DNA of 64,000 nt from Escherichia phage ECML-606-1: the sequence record OL631484.1. One strand, 5' to 3'. The stretch's first letter is position 1. Every line of letters starts with the position of its first letter. Under the pieces are notes generated by a model. The model did not search any database. It was not told the DNA's origin and was given only the letters and a program-made list of their open reading frames with translations. The position numbers and the translations under genes were made by a program. Shown here piece after piece: positions 18,901 to 26,664 of this stretch.

Positions 18901-21900
18901 GGTGGCAGGGTTGTCGCCTTTCTTCGCCACGTAATCCTGTACAGCCATCAGCGTTTCGAGGTTGTCTTTGGCGTTGTTGAAGACCAGCCCAAGGTCATAC
19001 ATGTTTTTCGGCTTGCCCGGCGCAGCGGTCAGCTTGTCCAGCACCTCAGCCATGTACTCCTTGTACTTGGTACCGTTGATCGTGGTGCTCGGCGTCACGT
19101 TCTGCTCATATTTCATAGCCTCAATGAGCAGCTTTTTGCTGTTCTCATCCTTCGCCAGTGTTGCAGCGATGGCGTAGCCCTGAAAATCAGTTGCCTCGGT
19201 CGAGTAGAAACCAACGTCCGGCTTAATCGGCAGGTTGAGCGGCTTGCCATGCTTTTTGAAGTAAGCCTGACCGATTTCAGACGCAGCGTAGACGTGCCCG
19301 CTGTTCATTTTCAGGATATTGTCGATAACAGTCGTGTACGCGCCCTTATCGCCATGGTTATCCTTGATGAATTCCAGACCGATGCTGGTCGCATCATCGC
19401 CGTTCGCGCCAGCGAGGGCCTGTTTGAGCGCCACAATCTCGCTGCCCGCGCTGCCATTGGCTGAGGTCTCAGGCATATCCTGCTGTAAGATCCAGTGCCC
19501 ATTATGGAAGACCAGAATACCGCCTTTACCCTGCTTGGTATCACCTTCTTTCGGGCCATCCTCTACCAGCCACTTATTGACCTCCTGCTGGTACAGTTTA
19601 ACCTGCACAGCAGCTGGCTCTGAAAGGTGAAGCTCGCTCAGCTCATTAAAGTGCTTGGCGATCACATCAGGATCTGATTCTTTGCCTTTGTGAACTTCTT
19701 CGGCAATGACGTTATAGAGGGTCTGCACTTTCGTGCCATAGGTTTTCACCGTGTCGCTGGTTGGTGATACCAGCGGTTTTTCTGGCTCAGTCCCGTAAGT
19801 CTCACTCCACCACTTACCATAGGCTTTCTTGCCAGCGATAAAGAACTCATTCGCCAGCTCGTTAAACCCATTGTCCTTCATGGCCTCAGCCAGCACCACC
19901 AGCTGCGGCGCATCATGCCCATTCGCCGTCATCCAGTCGCCAGCAATCGCGTCGGCCTGTTTTTCGTCCTTGGCATCTGTCAGCGCATCAAAGGCGCTTT
20001 CCCACATGGCGTAATCATTCAGGATCGCTTTCTTCTCCTGCTTACGCTCATGTTTGGTGGCAATCTGCTCGGATTTCGCCGCAGCCTGAGACTTCTCGGC
20101 CCATGAATCGTACAGCTTCCCGACGCTGGACTCGGAGAAGGCCAGATCGCTACCGTAATAGGTAGACGCCTGCTCAATGAATGCCTCGCCTTTTGTCTTC
20201 GCCCACTCGTTGAACTCAGCCACATCGGCAAAATCCGGCAGCTGCGGCTCAGGGGTTGGCGCACGCTCCTGCTTGATCTGCGGTGGCGTCGGCAGGGATT
20301 TCACGGAGATATCGCCCAGCTCTTTCTTGGCGGCGGTCACGGCTTCGATGATCCACGCGGACAGATCAACCTTCTGGAAGGCATCAATCAGGTTCTGGTC
20401 ATCACGGATCACTGTCACCATGTCGTTGATGTTGTCCACAGCCAGCGCCCAGTTACCCGCGTTGAGGTCATTCTGGATGTCCTCACAGATGCCGTCGATA
20501 AACGCATCACCAGTCTGCGGAGGATTGGAGAAAGTCTTCACTCCCTCAGGCTTAGGCGCAGCAGCAAGGCCCAGAGACTCCGCCAGATTGACCGCAGGCT
20601 CTTTGCCAGCCATTACCTGCTGGTAAACCTCATTCTGCGTGTTGGAGAAGCCGGAGATATGGCCCCAGTCGCCCTTCTCGTTAACCCACATACCAGATCC
20701 CGGATTCTTCGGATCCGCGACGATGACTGCGCTGGTATTGGTCGGGTAAACGCCTGCGTCTGGAGTCGTGGACAGCACGCCATTCCACATGTTCTTGATG
20801 ACGTTTTGCTGCTTCTGGGTCAGGTGATTCGGCTTGCCCAGCTCCACCAGCTCGGTCGGGTACTCGCTATGGTGATAGTCGGAAATGTAGCCCAGATTGT
20901 CCGGGGTTTTGGTGTTGCCACCAAAGCCGATCAGTTTCAGGTACTGTCCCGCTTGGAACGGCTTAGCCAGCGGCTCACCCTTCTTGCTTATAGGCCATGC
21001 GGTCGCGTGCCCCATCAGCACTTTCAGGTACGGCTTACCGTCCTTGTCGTAGGTCTGGATGATTGAGCCTGCGGGCAGGTTCGGCATATCGGAGATCGAC
21101 AGCTTCTGGCCCTTTTTGAACTCACCAGCGACAGGCTGATCCTTGAGCGGCTCGCCAGTCTCCTGATTGTGCCAGCGACCGTCTTTGAAAACCTGCATCC
21201 CGTTTTTGCCCATGCGGGTATCACCTTCCTGCGGGCCTTCCTCAGCCCGGACGGTTTTCTGCTGCTCAACCTCTGCGCTGGCCTTCTGATCCTTTTCTGC
21301 CTGGCTAAACTGGCCCAGCATTGGATGCACGGCGTCTTTGCCGATAACCACTTTGATATCCGGGTAGCCCAGCGCTGCCAGCGCGTTATTCGCAGCCTTG
21401 GCGACTTTGAGCCCGTAGGTGTTTTTTCCGTATGTCATCGCCAGAATGCCGTTGATGTTGCCTACTTCGCCAGCGGCCTTGATAGCGGCGATCTGCGCGT
21501 TGTAGCTCTTGGCATTCTTAATGTTCTCCGCGACGGCGAACTGGCTCCAGTCGATAGCGTCCATGGCCTTCTTCGACACGGATGCTTTCGGGGCTGGCTT
21601 GCCTTCGGCGGTGTCCGGCTGCGCCGGGGAGGTAGCGATGATTTCAACCGCGCTCAATGGGCTCGGCTCCTCGGACTGCACCAGCGGCTTATTCGGATTC
21701 TCACCCGTCAGCAGCGCCAGCTTTTGCCCGTAGAGGTTCAGCAGCTTTTTGCTGTTCGGGGTGATGCCCTTCCAGCTTTTCGCCTTGCTCTTGATAGCTT
21801 CCAGCTCCGCCAGACTGGTGGCGTCGATGACCTTCTGAGCCTGCGCCTCATACGCGGTGCGCACGCCAGTGGAGTTTTTGCCGGATTCAAATTTAGGCAT

Positions 21901-22764
21901 GACGATTTCGCCTGGCTTCGGTGCTTCGGCAGCAGGTGTTGAGGCTTTCTGGACTTCTTCTTTAGCTGCGTTTTTTTTCTCAGGTGAAGGAGACGGCCCA
22001 TCTTTTGGCATAATAAGGCTTAGTTTTTTTGCTCCACCCGGTTCAGTTTTAAAGTATCCAAACTGCGTACCGTAATTCTCAATCGCGTGCAGCTGGTGCT
22101 GTTTTAAATCACCAATCTCAATAGTGATGACGTTATTTTTTACTTTGTATGCTTCAATCGGTGGCAGACCTAGGTAACTCTCAATTCCAGAAACAATGGC
22201 TTGTTGTTTGGCTGTCAAATTACCTGTAGCTGGTTTTGTTGCTGCCTTTGCCTCTTGCGCTACGGCTTCAATGGCCTGCTCAGCCATCTGATCGACGGTC
22301 TCAGGCTCTCTCTCGTATGTGGCGATGGCAGGGTGCTCACCCGCTTTCTGGCCCGCGCTGACCTTCTCCTGCGAGCCCATTTGCTCCAGCAGATAGTTGG
22401 CAATCGCCACCAGCTTTTTACCGTGGGTGTTCACGCCATAGGATGATCCCAGAATCGCCGCGATATCGCCGTTGGCAGCGTGCTGCAACAGGTTCGGGAC
22501 GTGTTTCTGGTTGAAATGCTTAATGTCTTTGTTGGTCGCCTCTTTCTCAGCAGGATAGAGCAGCTGGCTCGACTCCTCCTTAGGCATGGCGTAAGGCTTA
22601 TGGCCTTTGCCACCAGCTTTAGGGTGCGCGGCTTTCGGGGCGTTCTTGACGCCCTTCATGTCCGGCGTGGTTTTCTTCCAGCGCCCATTGATCAGAGCAT
22701 AGCCCGCTTGGTGGGCGAATTTTTGATTAAGTGCTTTTGCGAGGACAAGCATGGTGGCCACCAT
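15991..22764 (-). CDS. giant virion-associated protein with C-terminal ADP-ribosyltransferase-like domain
   Basis: 2257 aa; C-terminus has TFGRKF, IMSTSIS (STS) and GEKEIILPP (ExE); recurring internal motifs EGDTKxGxxGxxVFxNGRW and ILGSSYGVNTHG / ILAMTYGKNTYG. Confidence 0.65.
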   Translation of the reverse strand: MVATMLVLAKALNQKFAHQAGYALINGRWKKTTPDMKGVKNAPKAAHPKAGGKGHKPYAMPKEESSQLLYPAEKEATNKDIKHFNQKHVPNLLQHAANGDIAAILGSSYGVNTHGKKLVAIANYLLEQMGSQEKVSAGQKAGEHPAIATYEREPETVDQMAEQAIEAVAQEAKAATKPATGNLTAKQQAIVSGIESYLGLPPIEAYKVKNNVITIEIGDLKQHQLHAIENYGTQFGYFKTEPGGAKKLSLIMPKDGPSPSPEKKNAAKEEVQKASTPAAEAPKPGEIVMPKFESGKNSTGVRTAYEAQAQKVIDATSLAELEAIKSKAKSWKGITPNSKKLLNLYGQKLALLTGENPNKPLVQSEEPSPLSAVEIIATSPAQPDTAEGKPAPKASVSKKAMDAIDWSQFAVAENIKNAKSYNAQIAAIKAAGEVGNINGILAMTYGKNTYGLKVAKAANNALAALGYPDIKVVIGKDAVHPMLGQFSQAEKDQKASAEVEQQKTVRAEEGPQEGDTRMGKNGMQVFKDGRWHNQETGEPLKDQPVAGEFKKGQKLSISDMPNLPAGSIIQTYDKDGKPYLKVLMGHATAWPISKKGEPLAKPFQAGQYLKLIGFGGNTKTPDNLGYISDYHHSEYPTELVELGKPNHLTQKQQNVIKNMWNGVLSTTPDAGVYPTNTSAVIVADPKNPGSGMWVNEKGDWGHISGFSNTQNEVYQQVMAGKEPAVNLAESLGLAAAPKPEGVKTFSNPPQTGDAFIDGICEDIQNDLNAGNWALAVDNINDMVTVIRDDQNLIDAFQKVDLSAWIIEAVTAAKKELGDISVKSLPTPPQIKQERAPTPEPQLPDFADVAEFNEWAKTKGEAFIEQASTYYGSDLAFSESSVGKLYDSWAEKSQAAAKSEQIATKHERKQEKKAILNDYAMWESAFDALTDAKDEKQADAIAGDWMTANGHDAPQLVVLAEAMKDNGFNELANEFFIAGKKAYGKWWSETYGTEPEKPLVSPTSDTVKTYGTKVQTLYNVIAEEVHKGKESDPDVIAKHFNELSELHLSEPAAVQVKLYQQEVNKWLVEDGPKEGDTKQGKGGILVFHNGHWILQQDMPETSANGSAGSEIVALKQALAGANGDDATSIGLEFIKDNHGDKGAYTTVIDNILKMNSGHVYAASEIGQAYFKKHGKPLNLPIKPDVGFYSTEATDFQGYAIAATLAKDENSKKLLIEAMKYEQNVTPSTTINGTKYKEYMAEVLDKLTAAPGKPKNMYDLGLVFNNAKDNLETLMAVQDYVAKKGDNPATYQDIVKAAGDNVAHIPVLQSILKDSINMHGVPQGIPKASYKGDSMADADALDGLAAMAMLAKYTDSPEMKEAVLNSVKESAYALMANQGTDVVKMSMTDYAISTMTFVQDQITGAEEPAPAPEPAAPELGNIDLKLLDDIKSIAETKTGLQKVVKASVACKEYYDANPDKVDAVSTIKSVLIINDFTPVAIEGILTAIKNTVAEEDAKKADEGQKEGDGPKEGDMKPGANGMLILKNGRWVRANPDEIPAPDFAALGLSAWQQDHYMKYVDNLKAKLTKGGGTKGVIMQKADGSMLIYGEFGMKIKVSTEYGPTAPGKKALAQYASMMLMANGIKVKSGYNPEVNGTYAMNGVAQLMNATAATSNPAENGLAADGPMEVKKYQWKKKEPISVDEWTVTGGNQGGSNEGMKMKDADGQEWYVKFPDNEEHAKAEVLAAKLYSAAGLSAQDAMIVTKDGKMAIASKWENIKKAKTHAALAKAKGMLEGFAVDAWLGNWDVVGLAKDNVQLKDDGTIHRVDAGGSLMFRAQGAKKEFGPVVKELESLMDPKMNANSAAVFGGMTEADIAASVSKVLAISDAKIAHMVNQYGPGDEKAKKELVETLIKRKEYLAEKYPEAEQIIKMQKFKPEKISTPPDFLNWSGVGKSGPSSKEFLNKGNHDAAQAIYSAALTGDPEAIRGLTAPTFDKDTGAVTGQVPVLDHPSQHIKGYAMQAINEIKSQLTGHEAEQFRIGGDHPLYSMHEEYKPENWSGNDADKIGNLLVLGHPGIVEPEDLGITKTTFKAGTLTTNTYAKAAQEVWEKLPMTQKQAVQAYTGSSYKQMNSGLWKGNPSAEAKAAAQALSGMGHEISPGTTFGRKFSLGSGDLSKLKASVGKVIMEPAIMSTSISPDVWSGNIHLKMTAGPGVKGIYAGAGSLPSGGSISHHTGEKEIILPPNTRLLITKVNESGTKDADGFGGSGMTVVECIILPSV

Positions 22765-22796
22765 TCAACGAATAATGGCCCAGTGTGGCATCACGA

Positions 22797-23042
22797 CTAA
22801 TTAACGTCTTTCACCTTCCTACCGAAGCGCTCCACGCACGCGAGAAACGCCTCCTGTTTCGTGTGGCAATACTCCGACAGCATCGTGGAGTGTTTGCCGT
22901 CATGAAACTGGATCTCCCACTTCGCGGATCCGGTCTTTGGCGGGCCGGGCCAGTCAGCGGCGGCGTCGTATACCGCCTGCTGCTCCGGTGTCATCTGGAA
23001 ACTCAACGGCCTGCTGCCTTCTTGAGCTCCATGACGATGCAA
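22797..23042 (-). CDS. hypothetical protein
   Basis: small ORF in minus-strand gene chain; start uncertain. Confidence 0.3.
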   Translation of the reverse strand: MHRHGAQEGSRPLSFQMTPEQQAVYDAAADWPGPPKTGSAKWEIQFHDGKHSTMLSEYCHTKQEAFLACVERFGRKVKDVN

Positions 23043-23443
23043 TGAAGCGTGTCCAGCTGTTCATCGGTCGCATGACTCAGCAGCTGGCTCAGGCCAAATC
23101 CACCGCTCATTTCATTCTGGATAACGCTGCGCATCGCTGCCTTGCGCTGCTCGTAGGCAAAGTCAGCCTCGTCACGGTAAACGTCAAGCGCCGGATATCC
23201 ACTGGTCTGCGGGACGTGGTTACGATTCCCCCAGTCCTTAATGGCAATGCGCTCCTGCCAGCATTCCGGCACGCTATTGCTCTCTTTGGCGCGGTCAATG
23301 TCTGATTGCCGGGCGACGTAAAGCCATTTGGTTCCTTTGCGGACAACAATCATGATCCCGCGTGGAGGGCTGCGCCTATCGCGCGGGCCAATAAACAGGG
23401 TGTCGCCAGATTTCAGGGCTTTCAGGTCGGTTTCTTTCAGCAT
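23003..23443 (-). CDS. hypothetical protein
   Basis: 146 aa; ATG at 23443 with AAGGA SD. Confidence 0.45.
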   Translation of the reverse strand: MLKETDLKALKSGDTLFIGPRDRRSPPRGIMIVVRKGTKWLYVARQSDIDRAKESNSVPECWQERIAIKDWGNRNHVPQTSGYPALDVYRDEADFAYEQRKAAMRSVIQNEMSGGFGLSQLLSHATDEQLDTLHCIVMELKKAAGR

Positions 23444-23453
23444 GGGGGAATCC

Positions 23454-23786
23454 TTAAATTTTGATTAAATGGGCTTTGTGAATACGCACGGTGCCGTAAC
23501 TGTAGCGGCCTTTCTTGCGGATATTCAGCTCGTAATACTGCCGGAAGTCGATCCCCGGCTCATTCCAGTTAAGAGTCACGAAAATGCCATGGACGTGCAG
23601 GACATCCAGCGGGCGATCATTGCCACGGATAAATACGCGGTCGCCTGGCTTGAGCTCCTGCTTGGTGGATTGCATCACCTCCAGCGCAAGATCAGCGTCT
23701 ACCTCAGTCGCATGGTAGCCAGCCTGCCACGTATACCAGCCATTCGCGCCAGCTGCGCGGATATGGTTTTTAATTGAGTTGATCAT
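23454..23786 (-). CDS. hypothetical protein
   Basis: ATG at 23786 with AAGGA SD (track ORF extends to 23882). Confidence 0.4.
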   Translation of the reverse strand: MINSIKNHIRAAGANGWYTWQAGYHATEVDADLALEVMQSTKQELKPGDRVFIRGNDRPLDVLHVHGIFVTLNWNEPGIDFRQYYELNIRKKGRYSYGTVRIHKAHLIKI

Positions 23787-23826
23787 GGGTTGGTTCCTTA
23801 AATGCCGCATCCCTGCGGTGTGGTTA

Positions 23827-24432
23827 TTATGCTGCGATACCGCGCTGCCCGGTGCCGATTGCCAGACGAGCCTTGCGGTCATAGTGCCCGATCAGGCCCA
23901 TGGTGATCAGGATGCCAGCCGCCAGCGAAATAACGACGAGCAGAATGACCAGCTGCGCCTGCTTACTGTCTTTGCTGTCTCCGCCCTTGAATAGCTTGCT
24001 CACGCTATCCCACGCGCCGGACACTCCACCATTAGCCGCGTTGTAGATGTTGTGGGCGCTGGCGAATGTGTTCCATGCTGCTGCCCCCATGTTGGCCCAG
24101 TTGCGTTCCCGGTATGCCACGATCCAGCTATGTACAGTGATCAGCAGCCCTGTACCGATAGCCGGGATAATGATGCCCAGATACCAGAGGCTGATTGCCG
24201 CCTGCGCATATTTCTCGTCGAGGTGCCCGGTAAGGTACGCCGCGTATACTTCAATGAAGATAATCACGCTGGAAAAGCCGATTGCGGCCTGAATAGCTCC
24301 GCACCAGACCAGCACCCGGATCCAGCCGCCAAGGCGTTTGGACTCGGCCCACATCGTCCCGCAGGTCTTGCAGTTGAACCAGCTGATCAGCAGGTTGAGG
24401 GCCAGAATTCCCCACAGCATTAACATTCCCAT
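23827..24432 (-). CDS. multi-pass inner membrane protein
   Basis: about 200 aa with at least 5 hydrophobic helices; ATG at 24432 with AAGGA SD. Confidence 0.45.
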   Translation of the reverse strand: MGMLMLWGILALNLLISWFNCKTCGTMWAESKRLGGWIRVLVWCGAIQAAIGFSSVIIFIEVYAAYLTGHLDEKYAQAAISLWYLGIIIPAIGTGLLITVHSWIVAYRERNWANMGAAAWNTFASAHNIYNAANGGVSGAWDSVSKLFKGGDSKDSKQAQLVILLVVISLAAGILITMGLIGHYDRKARLAIGTGQRGIAA

Positions 24433-24475
24433 TTTGTTTCCTTTGAAAAGTGCCGGGAGCCGCCCGGCGCGGTTG

Positions 24476-24694
24476 TTATTTATCTTTCTCGCGGTTGTAG
24501 CGCTCATGGGTTAGCAGATCCCATGTATCGCCATTATCCCGGCTCAGCAAACGCCAGCGGATGCCGACCTTTAACGAGATACCACCGCTGCGCTTGAGGT
24601 GGGTTATTGCTGCCTCTCCGCGCTGCCACATTTCCAGAATCTGCCCGGCTTTTATCAGCGCCTGAGCGGGAATTCCTTTCATTGCCTTGAACAT
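24476..24694 (-). CDS. hypothetical protein
   Basis: 72 aa; ATG directly after hairpin/U-run carrying GGUGAGG SD. Confidence 0.4.
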   Translation of the reverse strand: MFKAMKGIPAQALIKAGQILEMWQRGEAAITHLKRSGGISLKVGIRWRLLSRDNGDTWDLLTHERYNREKDK

Positions 24695-24723
24695 AAAAAA
24701 GCCTCACCTTGGGTTGGTGAGGC
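24695..24723 (-). terminator. hairpin plus U-run whose 3' arm carries the SD of the next gene
   Basis: GCCUCACC-loop-GGUGAGGC then U6 then ATG at 24694. Confidence 0.45.
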
Positions 24724-24724
24724 T

Positions 24725-24753
24725 ATATTATTACGTCATGGGTGACGTGTCAA
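24725..24753 (-). promoter_or_regulatory. sigma70-like promoter TTGACA-N17-TAATAT with perfect palindrome ACGTCATGGGTGACGT in spacer
   Basis: minus-strand hexamers; palindrome at 24733-24748. Confidence 0.5.
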
Positions 24754-25115
24754 CGGGTCGGCACCACTTCTACACCACCGTTGTAGTAGTCGCAGCGCAC
24801 CCACATCTGAACATCCGGCCTGAACCGCGTCGGGCGCTGGGTTCGCCATCCCTGCCACGCCCCTGACTCACCTTTTGCGTAAATTTCCAGCTGCCCTACT
24901 TCAACCGTTGGCAGGTCACAGGCACGCATCCAGCGATAGTGTGGTTTGGTGCGACGAAGTGCCGGGCCGACCGCAGTATGCCAGTGGCGCAGCTGTGCCT
25001 CTGTCAGATGCTCAGGCCAGCGTGGCAAATCGGAATTCAGATGCTGAGGGTCAATCTGGAACAGGTACGCGTTATACGCTGCCTCGCCCAGAGTCATCGC
25101 TTTAGCTCGGCTCAT
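24750..25115 (-). CDS. hypothetical protein
   Basis: ATG at 25115 (MSRAKAMTLGE...); track ORF extends to 25160. Confidence 0.4.
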   Translation of the reverse strand: MSRAKAMTLGEAAYNAYLFQIDPQHLNSDLPRWPEHLTEAQLRHWHTAVGPALRRTKPHYRWMRACDLPTVEVGQLEIYAKGESGAWQGWRTQRPTRFRPDVQMWVRCDYYNGGVEVVPTR

Positions 25116-25116
25116 A

Positions 25117-25425
25117 TCAGTACGTCCTGAATCCGTTGCAGTTGCGCAGGAAGTCCACAAAGTCGGCCTTAAACTCTTTGGCCCGGTCGGCTTCGGAACT
25201 AAACCAGCCCGGCGTCGGCTCCCACGCTTCGATGATGTCAGCCATCTTGCCAGCAGTGCGCGGAGAGACCACCCACGGGTCAGTCGTTTTACGCTGCTCT
25301 ACCTGCGGCAGCTTCGCCATGCCCGGCAGAAATACCAGCGTCCACCATGTCCCGTTTGCGATTCCATAGCCCGGCAGACGGTTCGGGTCGCCTTTACGGC
25401 GGCGATCTTCAATCTCGATACTCAT
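25117..25425 (-). CDS. hypothetical protein
   Basis: 102 aa; ATG at 25425. Confidence 0.4.
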   Translation of the reverse strand: MSIEIEDRRRKGDPNRLPGYGIANGTWWTLVFLPGMAKLPQVEQRKTTDPWVVSPRTAGKMADIIEAWEPTPGWFSSEADRAKEFKADFVDFLRNCNGFRTY

Positions 25426-25688
25426 ACAGATTTATCCCCCGTGTAATCAGCCACTACCTTCCCGTTGTTGTCGAAATACTTGATCTGATACATCGGGTGG
25501 CAATTGTGTTTGTGCTTCCCATATTTCAGCTGGTTGGCAAATACCACATCCAGATTCGCGCTGCCGTTCACCCCGGCGATGGTACCGATATCGCCCTGCA
25601 CCTCAACCATCATCCCCAGCTTGGCAAACGTGATCCCACGAGTGCGGGCCATGCCTTCTTCGAACTGCTTCGCCTTATTCACCATCAT
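25422..25688 (-). CDS. hypothetical protein
   Basis: ATG at 25688; overlaps neighbours by a few nt. Confidence 0.35.
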   Translation of the reverse strand: MMVNKAKQFEEGMARTRGITFAKLGMMVEVQGDIGTIAGVNGSANLDVVFANQLKYGKHKHNCHPMYQIKYFDNNGKVVADYTGDKSV

Positions 25689-26127
25689 CCTGCTCCTTTG
25701 CTGGTTCGCGCAGGGCACGGGCGTAATGCTCCGCGCGGGCGCAGATGTTGTTCATGCTGCTGCGCTCTTTGTCGAGCCAGTCAGCCTTGAATGCCGCCTT
25801 TTCTCCATCAGGCAGGACGCTCAGGGCTTTCTCATATGCCCGGCGCTCAGCCATGCTACCGATCAGGAATGACTCGAATACCTCAGCCAGCGCCTCTTTG
25901 TCGCACTGTTCAAAGGATTCTCCGACCGTTTTACCGAAGGTATTCTGGAAAAACTCCTCGGTGCCGCCAAACAGGAACAGCGGGACTTTGCGCGGCTCAG
26001 TCTCGGCATCGAGCTCAGTCGCGCCATATTGACCGCCCATGATGCCCACGGCGATAGCCGCAAGCTCATGCGTCGGCGCTTTAAAGGTGATTTTGTCTGA
26101 CGGGTTGATCAGCTCCCAGAGGATCAT
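25675..26127 (-). CDS. hypothetical protein
   Basis: ATG at 26127 with GAGGAG SD, ATGA overlap with upstream gene. Confidence 0.4.
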   Translation of the reverse strand: MILWELINPSDKITFKAPTHELAAIAVGIMGGQYGATELDAETEPRKVPLFLFGGTEEFFQNTFGKTVGESFEQCDKEALAEVFESFLIGSMAERRAYEKALSVLPDGEKAAFKADWLDKERSSMNNICARAEHYARALREPAKEQDDGE

Positions 26128-26420
26128 GATGCTGACTCCTCTTTTGGTTTGCCTTCGAATTTCTTGCCGCAGAATGGGCAATAATTCATCGTCATAAACG
26201 AACTGCCATCAGTGCAGCGCTGGGCCAGCGAGCCATCTTTCTTGCGCTTGAGAAAGCGGAAGGTGTAAGGCACGGTGACGCTGGAGTGGTCGCCCTCAGC
26301 CAGGACAAACACGCTGTTTGTCCAGTTGGCTTCTTCGATCTCTCCAATTTGATCGCCAAAGCGCTTGGTCAGGTGCTCTTTGAACTGAGCTCCCAGCTTT
26401 TTGAAACAATCACAGGCCAT
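26124..26420 (-). CDS. small zinc-ribbon protein
   Basis: 98 aa with CDCF...CPFCGKKF Cys pairs; ATG at 26420. Confidence 0.4.
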   Translation of the reverse strand: MACDCFKKLGAQFKEHLTKRFGDQIGEIEEANWTNSVFVLAEGDHSSVTVPYTFRFLKRKKDGSLAQRCTDGSSFMTMNYCPFCGKKFEGKPKEESAS

Positions 26421-26496
26421 CAGGAATCCTTTTAGGGTTGGTTAAATAACCCGTAACGCACCGCGCTACGGGGCTTTATTGCTTGATGCGTGGTTG

Positions 26497-26524
26497 ATGA
26501 TACGTTATGCGTGACGTAATGCAA
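26497..26524 (-). promoter_or_regulatory. sigma70-like promoter TTGCAT-N16-TATCAT with operator-like palindrome ACGTTATGCGTGACGT
   Basis: minus-strand hexamers; palindrome at 26502-26517. Confidence 0.45.
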
Positions 26525-26556
26525 GTATTATTTACGCCACTGCTGACGCATGGAGT

Positions 26557-26577
26557 AAAAAAGGCCCCGTAGGGCCT
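26557..26577 (-). terminator. rho-independent terminator (GGCCC-CGTA-GGGCC hairpin + U-run)
   Basis: hairpin 26561-26577 followed on minus strand by U6. Confidence 0.55.
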
Positions 26578-26664
26578 TCGCTTATTTACTGTAAACGGGG
26601 CTCAGACCATGATCTGAGTGCCCGTGTCCTGCTCCCCCGGTCGGGGCATTCCATACCGGGGCTT

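Noticed and set aside
16132-19464. Long plus-strand ORFs (380 aa and 452 aa) antisense to the giant gene, and similar antisense ORFs at 44580-45908, 46996-48039, 29046-29954 and 35298-36386
   Set aside because: They lie wholly inside well-supported minus-strand genes, are Arg/Leu/His-rich as expected for antisense frames of GC-rich coding DNA, and lack SD sites; treated as spurious
15991-22764. Giant ORF as a tail tape-measure protein or a DarB-like methyltransferase-helicase
   Set aside because: No helicase Walker motifs or methyltransferase DPPY/FxGxG motifs were seen, and the sequence is enzymatic-domain and repeat rich rather than uniformly helical; the ART signature argues for an effector instead
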